This document shows positions 26,614-38,220 of a stretch of 64,000 nucleotides of DNA, piece by piece. The notes under the pieces are model-generated. The model did no database searches. It was given only the letters and a program-made list of their open reading frames with translations, and was not told the DNA's origin. Source of the stretch: Emiliania huxleyi CCMP1516 (taxonomy: Eukaryota); NCBI RefSeq assembly GCF_000372725.1, contig NW_005201113.1:62001-126000 (forward strand), given 5' to 3'. A program made the translations under genes and the position numbers. The stretch's first letter is position 1; each line of letters begins with the position of its first letter.

Positions 26614-27922
26614 ATGGGCTGCTCTGCGTCGAAGCCATCCTCAGGCCTCTCCAAAAAAATTTCGAACGCGCCTCGCGAACTGAAGCTCGTGGCGCACCAG
26701 CTCCTGTTCGGCGCTCACCCGAGCCTCTCAGCCGAGGCGACTCACCCGACGGCAGAGAAAGTCGAAGAATCTTTGACGCTCGAGGAGCTGTCCAGCCGCC
26801 TCACTGGTCTCGCCGAGGGCTTCGCGACTGAGGAGGCGGCGCGCGAGTACGCGCGTGCATCCATCATCGACAGGCGACAGCGCCACTCGCTCTCCGCCTC
26901 CTTCACCGCCGTCGCCGCCGTCCGCATCATGGAGGAGCAAGCAAATTCAGCGCGGCTGGCGCGAGCGAGCGAGTCGCCGGCAGATTCGGCGGCGTCCGGT
27001 TCGGCGTACGGTTCGCCCTCGCCACTCGAGCTCGCGCCATTCCTCGGTGTGTAGCAAGGAGATGGAGTGACACAAGATTTCTGGGGCGCGAGACTGACCA
27101 CATGACCCGACGCTGCTTGCCATGCCCATGTGCCCACAGGCCGCTGGAAGCTGGAGCGCGAGGACGGCAAGAAGGAGTACATCGCGTCGCTCGACGTGCC
27201 TTGGGTGATCAAGCAGATCGCCTCTCGCATCCCCGCCCCGCCCATGTCGCACTCCATCGAGGAGGGGGTGTTGGTGGGCCAGTGCCGGTGCATGGGCCTG
27301 GTCTTCTCGTTCGTGTACGAGCACGGGCTGACCGAAGAGAAGGCGTTTCGCGGCGTCACGGCGACCACAGTATTTGCGTGGCAGGGCGCGGGGGCGCTGC
27401 GCGCCGAGGGCGTCGCTTCACGCCTGTCAATGTGGGGTCGATGGCGAGAAAGAGACGCGGTTGACAGCTCTGCGTGTGAACAGGCATCGAGCACTTGGGA
27501 CCGGTCATCACCTCGCGCACCACCTCGAGCAAGCAGGCCGAGAGGGTACCAAGCAAGCAAGACCCGTGAGTCACGCGACACCGAATACGAAGACACGAGC
27601 CGCCACAGACTCGTCCGGGGTGCGGGGAGCCGCGCTTGTTTGGATGAGTTGACACAGTGCGCTTACTGCTACTAGGCTGACGGGTCGGCTCTCGAGGGCA
27701 TCATTGAGCAGCGCATGTACATCTGCGACGGGGCGAAGGACGGCCGCCGCAGGTGTTGCTGCGCCAGTGTGCCCTCTCAGACACACTGTCCTTCCCCACA
27801 GAGAGATTCTCATCAATCACGCCTCCTCTGCTATTCCTAGGTGCTACAACGAGCTCAAGCACAGCCGGAGCGGGCGGTCGCCCACCCGCCTGAGGCTGAC
27901 CTACGTGCTCCAGGGCGCGTGA
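26614..27922 (+). CDS. N-acylated protein with FABP/calycin-like C-terminal domain, multi-exon
   Basis: MGCSASK start. The spliced segment PFLG|RWKLEREDGKKEYIASLDVPWVIKQIA matches the FABP N-terminal GxWxL..E/D..EY...L.V pattern and is followed by short beta-strand segments. Confidence 0.6.
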
Positions 27923-28260
27923 GGAGCAGCGCGATCCTCACGAAGCGCAATGCACATGTGTTCTTGCATCTTGGTCGCGGCCTTCAATGATGAATGAGCG
28001 CGCGCCTGCCCGGCGAGTGCGCAACGGTGCCAGACGGAGGCAATCTCAATACATTTTGGACGCGAGCATCGCGAATTCTTTTTGAGCACGCAGTCCCGTG
28101 CCCAGTGTCCTGCGAGGGAGCTTTGTTTAAAATTCTTGGTGCATAAATTCTTTTTGGTTGCCAAAAGCACGATGATACCGAGGCGCCCGTCGACACCACG
28201 CTCCACGGCGCACGGGCGGCGACCCCGCCGCCGAGCGAGGAGAGCGGCGGTGTCGTCCTC

Positions 28261-29284
28261 ATGGAGGGCAACGGCGGCGGCGAGGGCGGCGTAATGGCGG
28301 ACGACCACAGCGCCGGCCCCCGGCTCGACGAGCCCCGCTTCCAGGTGGACGAGCACGTCATCTACACGGGCGAGCACGCGGACGCGAGCGCCGTTGTGCT
28401 CACGGTCGACTTTGAGGACACTTCCGAGTACCACACACGATCATGCTCGCGGGCCCGAGGAACGCCGGGTACCCGAGGGCAAACTGCGGCCCAAGGGGAG
28501 CGACGACGGCGAGGCCCAAGGCGCGACTCTGCGAGGCGACGCCGGCGGCGCGGGCGGGCCGCGGCCAGCGGGCGGGGGGGATGGCGCTCGCCTCTGGGAG
28601 ATGGACTCGATCCGTGCCCTCAGAGAGGCCCTGTCCCTGTTCACCGCGTCCGGTGCTCACTACGCGACCGTCGGCCCGTCCGAGCGGCTCGGGGTCTGCT
28701 CGCGGAGCTTCCCGCTACTGGCCCGCGCTCTGGAGGACAAACACAACCCGCCCCTCGGCTGCGAGGACTGCCAATGGAGGGCGGCGGACTGCATGATTGC
28801 CGCGTGCACATGGCAGCTCCGCAAACTGCTGCCAGAGAGCGTCCTGATCTCACACGGGCTGCTGACCATGCGCCAGGCTTGGGACGCCAAGCGAGCCAGC
28901 GACAGGCTGCGCCGGGCAGTGGCCGACCACCTCCAGAAGCCAGAAGTGCTGAGTCGGCATCCCCGCCAGCCTTTTGCCCCGCCCGGCCAGGGGGACCCCA
29001 CGACGGTGCGGAAGCTGCTGCTGTCAGTACAGAGATCCGGCTACTCGTCAGGTGCGCCTATGGACGACAAGCGCACACCCCGAGGCGCGCGCCTGCAGCC
29101 GCGCGACCCGAACGGCTGGGGCGCCACGCGCTGCTGCAAGAGCCTCTTCCACTACCGCTGCCTGCACACTTGGCTCAACGACGACAGCGAGGTCGAGACG
29201 AGTCGAGGCATGGAGCCGATAAACACGGCCTGCCCTGGCTGCCGAGGCTTCGTGTCGAAGTCGGCGTCGCGGATGCTACAATAG
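28261..29284 (+). pseudogene. RING-finger-like protein, frameshifted/degenerate
   Basis: CCKSLFHYRCLHTWL...CPGCR. The first CxxC is not evident and there are frame changes near 28435-28460. Confidence 0.5.
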
Positions 29285-29581
29285 AGCGGCTGTGTTTTTT
29301 CGGCGACCCGCAGACACACAGATGGGTGGACGCTGGACAGATGATGACGACACGCACGAGCGACACACAGACACAAACAAGCTCACAAGACACACAGCCA
29401 GCTGGCTGCCACACACCCTGAGTCGGCGTACACATAACTCAGGGCCACATCCTCCCTGTCGCCCCCCCCAGCACTCCACGGTGCCCACAACAAGTGCGTG
29501 TCAAAAAAAAACGCTTCGTGTCTCGCGTGTCTCGCCGCTGCACCCGCTGGTCCCCCCTGGCAGCGTCGTGGTCGTGGCCAC

Positions 29582-31405
29582 ATGGAAGGGCGTCTGCGAG
29601 CATCGGATCGCTCGCTGTTGAGCACCTTCGTCCGTGCAAACATCAAGACAAAACAAGGCGTCGTGCTGCTCGCAATCGTCTGTTCTACAGTCTATGCGAC
29701 ATCTGCAATCACGCTCACAGCGCACACCGCACCGCCAGCGCCCATCAAAGACGCGAGCAACACGCCGAGGTGGAAACGATGGCTCCCGGGCGGCAAGCGC
29801 AACACGCCCAAGAAGCAGCGCGTGACACCAAATCCATCCCACGGCGAGAGTACAAGTGTGTACTACGGGTCCGCGCTGCTGCTCGTGGTCACCATCATCT
29901 TCGGCATCGCACGACGTCTCCTTGCGGGCTTCAGCCTGGGGCTTGTGCGCGCTTACCTGTCTGGTGACATCGTGCGGATGCTCTGGTACAACCACGCAAA
30001 AGCCGAGGGATTCTCGCTCATCAACAGCGGAGATCTGGCTGGAAAGTGGTTTCTCAGCGACGGGTCGTGGGTCAAGGAGCTGCGCCGGCTTGGCGACAAG
30101 GTGGTGCGCATCAGCGCGGATGCCGATGGTGCCGACAAGGTCTCTCAACACATGATCCTCGGCGCCGGCGGTGGCGACGAGCACTCTCGGATGCGCGAGG
30201 CCATGGAGCCATTCTTTCGCCGCCGGCTCTACGAGCCGCTCTTACCCGAGTTGGAGGCGATCGCGAGCGAGCGGCTGCGAGCGAAGCACGGGCAGCCCGC
30301 ATTCGACTTGGAGGCGTACTTTGTGGCGCTCACGGTCGAGCTGCGCGTCCTCGTGCTCTTCGGCATCCGCTCCGAGGTCGCGTCCGGCGAGGTGCCCCTC
30401 AAGTGGCACCAGCTCGGCGCCGCCATCATGCACTATCTCGACAAGCCCGCGCACCGGCACGCGCTCAACGTCAACAGCCACGAGTACCGCGAGCTGACGG
30501 CGGTTGTCACGGAGATCATCGCGACGACGGACCAGCCGCTCGAAGGCTGTGCGCTGGGCTTCATGCGCGAGCTCGTGCGCAGCGGCAAGCTCTCTGGCAC
30601 GGAGATGGTGAGCAACCAGGGCTCACGCACAGTGCCCGCCTCGCTACTGCACGCAACACTCACTGCCAGCCGTGCACTGTGTGTGCCACAGGTGAGCAAC
30701 CTCGCCCTGTTCCTCGTCGCGCTCGCCCCCGCGGCGGTCCTCACGTGGGCCACGTGCCACATCGCCAAGCACCACCGCACGGTCGAGCCAAGGGCACGGG
30801 CCTCCCACCCGTACCTGCGGCAGTGCCTCCTCGAGACCCTCCGCCTCACGCCCGGCGTGCCGACCCTTCCCCGCCGCATCGTGCCAATGCGGCCCCCCCA
30901 CGATGGGGGCCTCCACCTCAACGGCACGAGCCTCCGGCCCGGCTCCGAGCTCTTCGCCTTCCAGACGTTTGTGCACGTCAAGGCGAGCAACTGGGCGGAC
31001 CCGTTCAAGTTCGACCCGTCGCGATGGGATGGCGTGGTCTCCTCTCACCCCAACGACAGCCATCGGCAGGTACTCGCTTGCCCGGCCGCCATGTCCGGCA
31101 TCTTCTTCCCCTTTGGATTCGGCAGGCACCGCTGCATGGGCATGGAGCTCGCGCTGGACGAGATGACGATCGTGCTGCGCGCGCTCTACGCGGACAGCAC
31201 TGTCGCCGTGCAGGGCAGCAACCCCGCGAGCAACGTCGAGGACAACCGCTGGCGCCAGCACGTCTACGGCTTCCCGGACCGGCGCGTGCGCGCCCTCTTC
31301 AAGCCGGATGACAGCCTCGACCACTGGGCCTCGCTGCGCTCGATGGTCTCGCTCAAAGCCGTCGCGTCGCCGCGGCCGGGCGCCGCGCAGACGCCTCGAT
31401 GGTGA
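29582..31405 (+). CDS. Cytochrome P450 with atypical I-helix; one 84 nt intron (30608-30691)
   Basis: ETLR (ExxR), FDPSRW (PERF), heme motif FFPFGFGRHRCMG and N-terminal hydrophobic segments. Confidence 0.9.
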   Translation: MEGRLRASDRSLLSTFVRANIKTKQGVVLLAIVCSTVYATSAITLTAHTAPPAPIKDASNTPRWKRWLPGGKRNTPKKQRVTPNPSHGESTSVYYGSALLLVVTIIFGIARRLLAGFSLGLVRAYLSGDIVRMLWYNHAKAEGFSLINSGDLAGKWFLSDGSWVKELRRLGDKVVRISADADGADKVSQHMILGAGGGDEHSRMREAMEPFFRRRLYEPLLPELEAIASERLRAKHGQPAFDLEAYFVALTVELRVLVLFGIRSEVASGEVPLKWHQLGAAIMHYLDKPAHRHALNVNSHEYRELTAVVTEIIATTDQPLEGCALGFMRELVRSGKLSGTEMVSNQGSRTVPASLLHATLTASRALCVPQVSNLALFLVALAPAAVLTWATCHIAKHHRTVEPRARASHPYLRQCLLETLRLTPGVPTLPRRIVPMRPPHDGGLHLNGTSLRPGSELFAFQTFVHVKASNWADPFKFDPSRWDGVVSSHPNDSHRQVLACPAAMSGIFFPFGFGRHRCMGMELALDEMTIVLRALYADSTVAVQGSNPASNVEDNRWRQHVYGFPDRRVRALFKPDDSLDHWASLRSMVSLKAVASPRPGAAQTPRW

Positions 31406-31734
31406 ACGCGGCGTTGGCCTAAGAGGACCGGCACGCGCTGCATGAAGCATGAGGGTTGGCAATCAGCCATGAGGGCGTCTCCGGGCTGTGCGACACCCTC
31501 TGCAGACTCCCTGTAGGACGTGTGAGAGGCGCGACACCCGGCATGGGACGAGCTGAGGCATTGTGCCCAGCCGCCCGTCCCGAGGCGCTCGCGACGGGAT
31601 GGAAGGGCGCTCGAAAGGCGCCTCCCGTGCGCTAAGCTGTATCGCTGTGTAGCTGTTTGTGGTGCGTGTGGGGAGATGTGGGTAGATGGGGATAGGGGAG
31701 CGTTGGACTCCGAATCGCCGTGGGACGTGAGGGT

Positions 31735-32020
<286 letters not shown>

Positions 32021-32119
32021 CGGTGTGATAGTGTTCTTAGGAATCCCCGCACAATGCTTAAACTCCTCATAGAGGCCTTGCGCGGCCAAGAGAGCAACTA
32101 AATAGCGGAAATGGCCTAT

Positions 32120-32302
32120 GTAGAGCGCGTAGAGGTAGCCGCCCTGGATCCAGTCGCCAAAGGTGGCCAGCGAGTAGGCCACCAGGTACCGGTTGCGCAG
32201 CCTCCGGTACACCGTCGTGTCGCCTCGGCTCGACGGCACCGGCTTGCCCTCGACCACTGGCTCGACGAGCCTCTCAGACGAGACCGCCTTGGTAACATCC
32301 AA
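32120..32302 (-). pseudogene. Fragment of molybdate-anion transporter (MOT2/MFSD5 family)
   Basis: RYLVAYSLATFGDWIQGGYLYALY matches the family TM1 motif DWxQGxYxYxLY. Nothing homologous is visible up- or downstream. Confidence 0.7.
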
Positions 32303-32310
32303 AATAGGCC

Positions 32311-33386
32311 GTCAGGACTCTGTCAGGACTCCGTCAGGACTCTGTCAGGACTCTGTCAGGACTCTGTCAGGACTCCGCCAGGACTCCGCCAGGACAACCA
32401 CTGCCCCCCCGCTGTGAACAGAGCCCTTAGCTAGAGAGTAGGGAGGGGTGTACAGTCGAGTTACTCCCGAGGGCAGGGACGGCCCTCCACTGAGGGAAAG
32501 GGCGCAACGGGGACGGTATGCTCACAACCCAGCCACGCAGCTCTTTGCTCGCGTACAGCCAACGAGTTTGCTGGTCCACAGGCAGGCCAGGCCGTGAGCG
32601 TGGGCCGGTCGGGCCTGATCCTGCGGTGAGCACTGGAGGGCTATGCGGCTCGCTCCGTCAGCCGACTTGCGCCGTCGAGCGGTCGAGCGCTTCGGGTTGG
32701 ACCCGCGGGAGGGTCCCTGCGCGGCTGACATGGCCAGCCAAGCCGTGTGCGCTGCTGTGTGTGTGGGCGTTGTCGTGGGTGCTGTCGTGGGTGCTGCCGT
32801 GGGCGCTGCTGTGGGCGCTGCCGTGGGCGCTGCCTCGGTCAGCAGTCGGTCAGCAGTCGGTCAGCAGTCGGTCCGCTGCTTGGCGCTGGCCTGCAGGCCG
32901 CCGGTGGCAAATCGGGGGGGCGCGGGCCATGGACGTCGTGGCCGAGCTTTGCTGCCTTCTTGCACGTTGCCGGCTGTAACGTTGCCTGCACCATGGCCGC
33001 GCCTCTCTTGCTTGTGCGCTTTCATGGTCGAGCCGAGTGGCGCGAGAGTGAGTGTGATTTCTTTTGTCTGTCAGGACTCTAAGTTTCTGTCAGGACTCTC
33101 AAGTTTCTGTCAGGACTCTCAAGTTTGCGTCAGGACTGCCCCATCAGGACGATTCCGCAGAGGGCGCGCACGGTCGAAAGGGGGGCTGGGCGTCTATCAT
33201 TCACTGCTGGGGGGGAGGGGAAGGAGGGTTGCAGTGAAGGAAGGTGGAGGTCTCGTCGGAGGCACTTGTGAGCACTGTGAAGACCGTGCGCCGTCAGGAC
33301 CCCGCCAGGACTCTGTCAGGACTCTGTCAGGACTCTGTCAGGACTCTGTCAGGACTCTGTCAGGACTCTGTCAGGACTGTCAGGAC
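32311..33386. mobile_element. Repeat element with three arrays of (gtcaggactct)n
   Basis: 11-mer arrays at about 32311-32395, 33067-33137 and 33293-33386, all in the same orientation. Confidence 0.55.
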
Positions 33387-33511
33387 AGGTGCGGGAGGTC
33401 CACAAACCAGGTTGTAGGTCAGCGTGTGGGGCTGAGTCTTAGTCGTCGGCGCTGTGCGGCCAGATCCCAGCGCAGAACCCTGCAACGCTGGCATATACAG
33501 ACACAACCAGA

Positions 33512-33588
33512 CTAACCCTGACCCTAACCCTAACCCTAACCCTAACCCTAACCCTAACCCTCTAACCCTAATAACCCTAACCTAACCC
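33512..33588. repeat. Interstitial telomeric repeat (CCCTAA)n
   Basis: Several perfect ccctaa units that decay rightwards. Confidence 0.9.
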
Positions 33589-34039
33589 ACACCCCCCAAC
33601 TCCACACCGCAAATTTGAAAGATCTTGATGAAAATCAGGCCCGACTGCAAATTTCTTCAAAATTTTCGCAGGCGCTCCGCGCCTGCAGATTTTGAAATAA
33701 ATTCGACAAAATTGGTACCTGGCCCAAGAAATTTACCTTACCTTACCTGCTCATAGTGTGCTCGTGGGGGTGCCGTGGCCAAGCTCGTTTTCGTTCTTTT
33801 TACAAAAGAAGGCAAGCGCCTTCCTCTCAAAAGTACGCAAGCTACAAAGAAGGCAGGCACATCGCAGGCAAGCACATATGGACATGGGCAGGCAGGCATG
33901 GCCCACTGTGAACGTCGGCCCCCACCACAGCCTCCTTACAGCTTTACCCGCAACATTCGTTTTCTGGGCGACCTGCTCTTCGAGGTGCTCGTAGAGGAGA
34001 GCCACCGCGTCCGGCGAGACGCCTCCGTGCGTTCGTGGA

Positions 34040-34747
34040 TCATCCTATGGTCGGTCCGGGTCTGCCCCCGCAGGACCCGGAGGGTCCCCCGCAGGGTCTG
34101 TAATAGATCGGCGCCCACGAGGGGGGGGCAGCCGCCAAGTGCGTGGTGGGCTTGCATCTCCCCCTCGACGGGTCGTTTGCGGCCCATTCTCCGGTGCACG
34201 GCATGCAGCCATACGCTCCGACGAAGAAATTGCCAGTGCCCATGGGCCACGGCTGCGTGTTGTAGCACTGCTGATCGCTGTGGCACCAGGCAGCGTTGCC
34301 ATTTGTGCAGTCGAAGCCGTTGTAGTCGATGGTGCCCTGTCCCGGAGTTCTGCAAGTGCAAGTGTAGTGAGCCGTGTCCACGCGGCAGCTTAAGCTCAGG
34401 CTATCCGCAGGAATCTTGTACAGCTCCGCCACAATCCCGGCGAGTAGCGGCCCAGCCTTCTGGCACTCGCCCGCATTTCCAAGTCCGAGGGCGGCACGGG
34501 CGCCAGCACACCCACCGTGGGAGGCGACCAACCCGTCCACCGCCCCTTTTGCATCACTCTCGTGTCCGCACATGCCCGGCGTTTCGACGTCGCACGTACA
34601 TCCGCACATTGGGAAAGAGCAATAGCTTGTTACCTTGGCCTCCACGGCTGTGAGCCTCTCGTCAAGGTCGACTGAGGTCGGCATGGTGCCCATCGCGGAC
34701 GCTCTGGCGCCCAACGCGGCAAGGCAGCACGCAGCGAGAAACCGCAT
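34040..34747 (-). CDS. Secreted cysteine-rich protein, unknown function
   Basis: Signal peptide MRFLAACCLAALGARA and Cys-rich modules such as CTCRTPGQGTIDYNGFDCTNGNAAWCHSDQQCY. Confidence 0.65.
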   Translation of the reverse strand: MRFLAACCLAALGARASAMGTMPTSVDLDERLTAVEAKVTSYCSFPMCGCTCDVETPGMCGHESDAKGAVDGLVASHGGCAGARAALGLGNAGECQKAGPLLAGIVAELYKIPADSLSLSCRVDTAHYTCTCRTPGQGTIDYNGFDCTNGNAAWCHSDQQCYNTQPWPMGTGNFFVGAYGCMPCTGEWAANDPSRGRCKPTTHLAAAPPSWAPIYYRPCGGPSGSCGGRPGPTIG

Positions 34748-35375
34748 TGTGTATACGTGTGTAGAGCACGCAAGGCGCGAGACACGCGAAAAAGCGACGG
34801 CGGGCGCTTGGGTCTAAGATTAGTTTTTTTGCAGTTTTAGGTGTGTTAGATTAGTGCGGTGTGAACAGCGCACAGCGCCATAGGAGGTATTTTCTTCTCA
34901 TAACGAGGCCTGTGAAGTGTTTAGCGCGAATTCAGTTAAAGATAGACAGGAATAAACACAACTTGGCGCAAATTCGCGCAAAATTCAAATTTACGCGAGT
35001 TCACTGACTGCCAGACAGATTTGCGAGTGCGTCTTTTCTGCTGCAGCCTCCAGTCGCGGTGCGGCCTCCGCCCTCTCGGCGTTTGCCTCTCGCCCTGCTG
35101 CAGCATCCGTGCCCATATCTGGCAGCTGTTCGCCGAGCGCCTCTTCAAAGCATGCGAGGATCTCGTCGCTCTCAAGGGCAGTCTCGAGCCCGTCGTCAGC
35201 AGCGCGGATGCTCGCCAGCACGGCCCGCTGTCGGTCGCGGTCTCGTCTTAGTTCTAGCAGCGTCGGCGCCGACCTCCTCCCACGCTGGCCGCGCATCATG
35301 CTGCGCTTCGCGAGCAATCGCGTAACGGGAGGCTGGCCGGCTTTTTGTGGCTTTTTGGACGGCTTTTTGGCTTTT

Positions 35376-35583
35376 CGCTCTCTCGCTCTCTCGCTCTCTC
35401 GCTCTCTCGCTCTCTACTCGCTCTCTCACTCTCTCTCGCTCTCTCGCACTCTCGCTCACTACTCGCTCACTCGCTCACTCGCTCACTACTCGCTCACTCG
35501 CTCTCTCGCTCTCTACTCGCTCACTCGCTCTCTCGCTCACTACTCGCTCACTCGCTCACTCGCTCACTCGCTCACTCGCTCAC
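35376..35583. repeat. (ctcgctca/ctcgctct)n low-complexity array
   Basis: Direct observation. Confidence 0.9.
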
Positions 35584-36223
35584 CTTGTCTAGCTCGGAGA
35601 GAGCAGGGGGATGGGGCGGGAGCCAGGGGACAGCACAATGCCAACTTCACATGGTAGGCGATTCGACACTTCAAGGCGAACTCCCCCCCCTTCACTTCCA
35701 GGCCCCGGGCCCTCCATTGGTAGGTAGCGACCCCAGGTTAAGAGCTAGGCTTCCCGACAGGGCAGGGAACCCCCAGCGCGCAGGCGGGGCCCACGGTAGC
35801 CTCGTGCAGTACGCGATACCGAGAGCTGGGGGAGAGGCGCGCCACGCCAAAGGGGTGCCCAAAGGGGTACGGGGGAGGGGGGGGAGAGTAGTAGTGTCGT
35901 GTTTTTCGCCAAAACTGTTTTTCGCCAAAACGCAAAAAAAATCAAACGTTGGACAGAACACGGGCCGCGCGGGACAGCGGGACGCCTCTCCCCTCACACC
36001 TGGACTGCGCCCGCCGTGGGCACGCACGTCAGCGGCGGCAGCGCACCAGCGAGCTCGAGCAGCGCGCGGGCCACGTCGGCCAGCAGGAAGAGCACGAATC
36101 CGACCATCACGTTGCGCGGGCCGAGCAGCCTGTCATGATTATTGTATGTAGGGGCACTGTGTTCATATCATGCGGCAGGTTGGGAGGCGCGCCTATACTG
36201 AGTAGTAAGGGTATGTAGGAGCA

Positions 36224-38220
36224 CTACAGTTTCAGTGTTGTCATGCGGGTAAGGGGACCCACCGGTTCACGCGCGGGCCGAGCATCGTGCCTACTCACCC
36301 GGCGCGTCCGCCGTGATGCAACCTTCAAGGCAGGCGGCCGTCCACAGCGGGCGCATTGCACACCCAACACCACACCCGGCAGCGCCGTGGCGACCAGCCG
36401 CCATGGCACCTCGCCGACGTAGTCGCGAGCGTCGGGCGAGGCGGTGCCTGCGCGGCTGGCGCGCACGGCGAGCGAGACGCCTGGGCAGAGAGCGCGCGCG
36501 TATCAAACGACGGCTGCAAACAGGCTGGTGCGCGCGGCGGCCGGTGTGGACGCGGATGGCGGGAGGTATACCGGGAGACTCGAAGGGGATAAAGGGAGAT
36601 ACTGCCTCTCCAGAGAGAATACATCTACGGCGAGATGCCCGAGAGCCAGCCGACAAAGGTAACCGAGGTGATGGCCGCGCTGCGCACGTGCTCGCGCCTA
36701 ACTCTCGGGCAGCCATGGCTCCTCTCGGCTCGTCTCGGCTCGTCTCGGGCTCCTCTCGTGTCCTCTTGGATGATCTCGGATCAGCTCCGACCAGCTAGGA
36801 TCACCTCGGATCATCTAGAATCACTAGGAGCATCTCAGCTAGGATCATCTCGGATCATCTCACGCCGGATCACCTCGGATCACCTCGGACGCGGGCACGC
36901 GAGGCGATCTCGGCCGATCTCGGCTCGAATCTCGGCCGATCTCGCGCATTCTAGGGCAGTCTCGGGCAATCCGCGCCTGCCGAGGGCGCCCGAAGCGAGC
37001 AGCACGAACAGGACCTTCTCCACTGAGATGCCGATGTAGCCCGTCAGCAGCCCTCCTGGGAGCATGGACGCCCACGCCACGAGCACACGCCGGGCGCGTG
37101 CGGCGCGGGCGGCGCGTCGTGCGGCGGCGGCCGAGCCGTCGCAGGCGAGCAGCTTCGGCACCTGCCCCCGCGACCGCCCGAGATGAGCCGAGATGCGCCG
37201 AGGTGAGGCGCCGCTGGCGAGCCCGCCTCCACAGCGCCCGCCTCCACATCGCCCCCTTCCACGTCGCCTTCTCCCGCGCCTCGCGCATCGCCCTTGGAGC
37301 GGAACACCTGCGACGTGTCCCCATATTTCGACGAGCCGGTGGTGGACGAGGTGCGCGTCCCTAGGGGTGCGGCGCACCTCCACCCGCCCCAGCTGGTCCT
37401 CGACGCACCCGCGCCGCCACGCGCGCACGAGCTCTACGTGGTCCGTGAGCGGCCGCTCGAGCCCCTGGAGAGGTAGGGGTGGGGGTGAGGGCTCGGGCGG
37501 GGTCTGGTGGGGGTGATGTGATATGTGTGCCTTCTTGCTGGCCGGCGGCGGCGACGGCGGCGGCGACGGCGGCGGCGGCGGCGGCGCCACGACCGAACTC
37601 GCCGCCGCTTCGGAGACGGTGAGGTCCGCGCGCTCGCGCCACGTGTTGGCCGCGCCTCCGGCCGCTCCACAGGAGGGGCTGTCCGTCTGCAGACGCGAAG
37701 TGAGAAGGCCGTGGGTGGTGTAGACGGCGAGGGCGGCGCAGAAGGTTGTGAAGATGTAGATGACGACCTCGTCGGACGGGAGCGTGAGCGGGTAAAGCGC
37801 GAGCAGGAGGCCGAGTAGCGCGGGAGGTGCGCAGAGCGGGAGAGTGGAGAGGCAAAACGTGGATGGGTCGGTGACGAGCCAGGTGAGAGGCGTGAGCACG
37901 CCGACGCCGATGAACTGCGTGGCGGTCGAGAAGGCGACCGCGTCGCGAGGGCACACGTGCATCATGCGGAGCATTGGAAGGAAGATGATGCCTCCCGCGA
38001 CGGGAGCGCCGGCGCCGGGAATGCAAGCGGCGACCAGCCCTAGCAGCGGCATCGGCCAGAGAGGCGCGAGCTGCTGGAGCGGGTAGAGTGCGAACGGCAG
38101 AGCGGTGGTCGCGACAAGGAGGAAGCTGCGAGCGACGAACCAGATGCGGGCGAGACCGGGGCGCACGCAGGCGGGCCCGGCCATGGATCGGGTGAGTCCG
38201 GGGCGCACGCAGGCGGCCAT
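36224..38220 (-). CDS. TauE/SafE (TSUP) family membrane transporter, multi-exon (3' end approximate)
   Basis: GAGAPVAGGIIFLPML...AVAFSTATQ in the first half and GGLLTGYIGISVE...AAITS...ALPGVVLG in the second half, giving the TSUP internal-repeat pattern. Confidence 0.7.

Noticed and set aside
26614..31405. Lipid/oxylipin biosynthetic gene cluster (FABP-like + P450)
   Set aside because: Only proximity supports it. The genes are separated by a RING pseudogene and repeats, and no lipoxygenase or dioxygenase is present.
35880..35945. Polinton-like AGTAGTAGT terminus
   Set aside because: No matching inverted end and no Polinton genes in the window.
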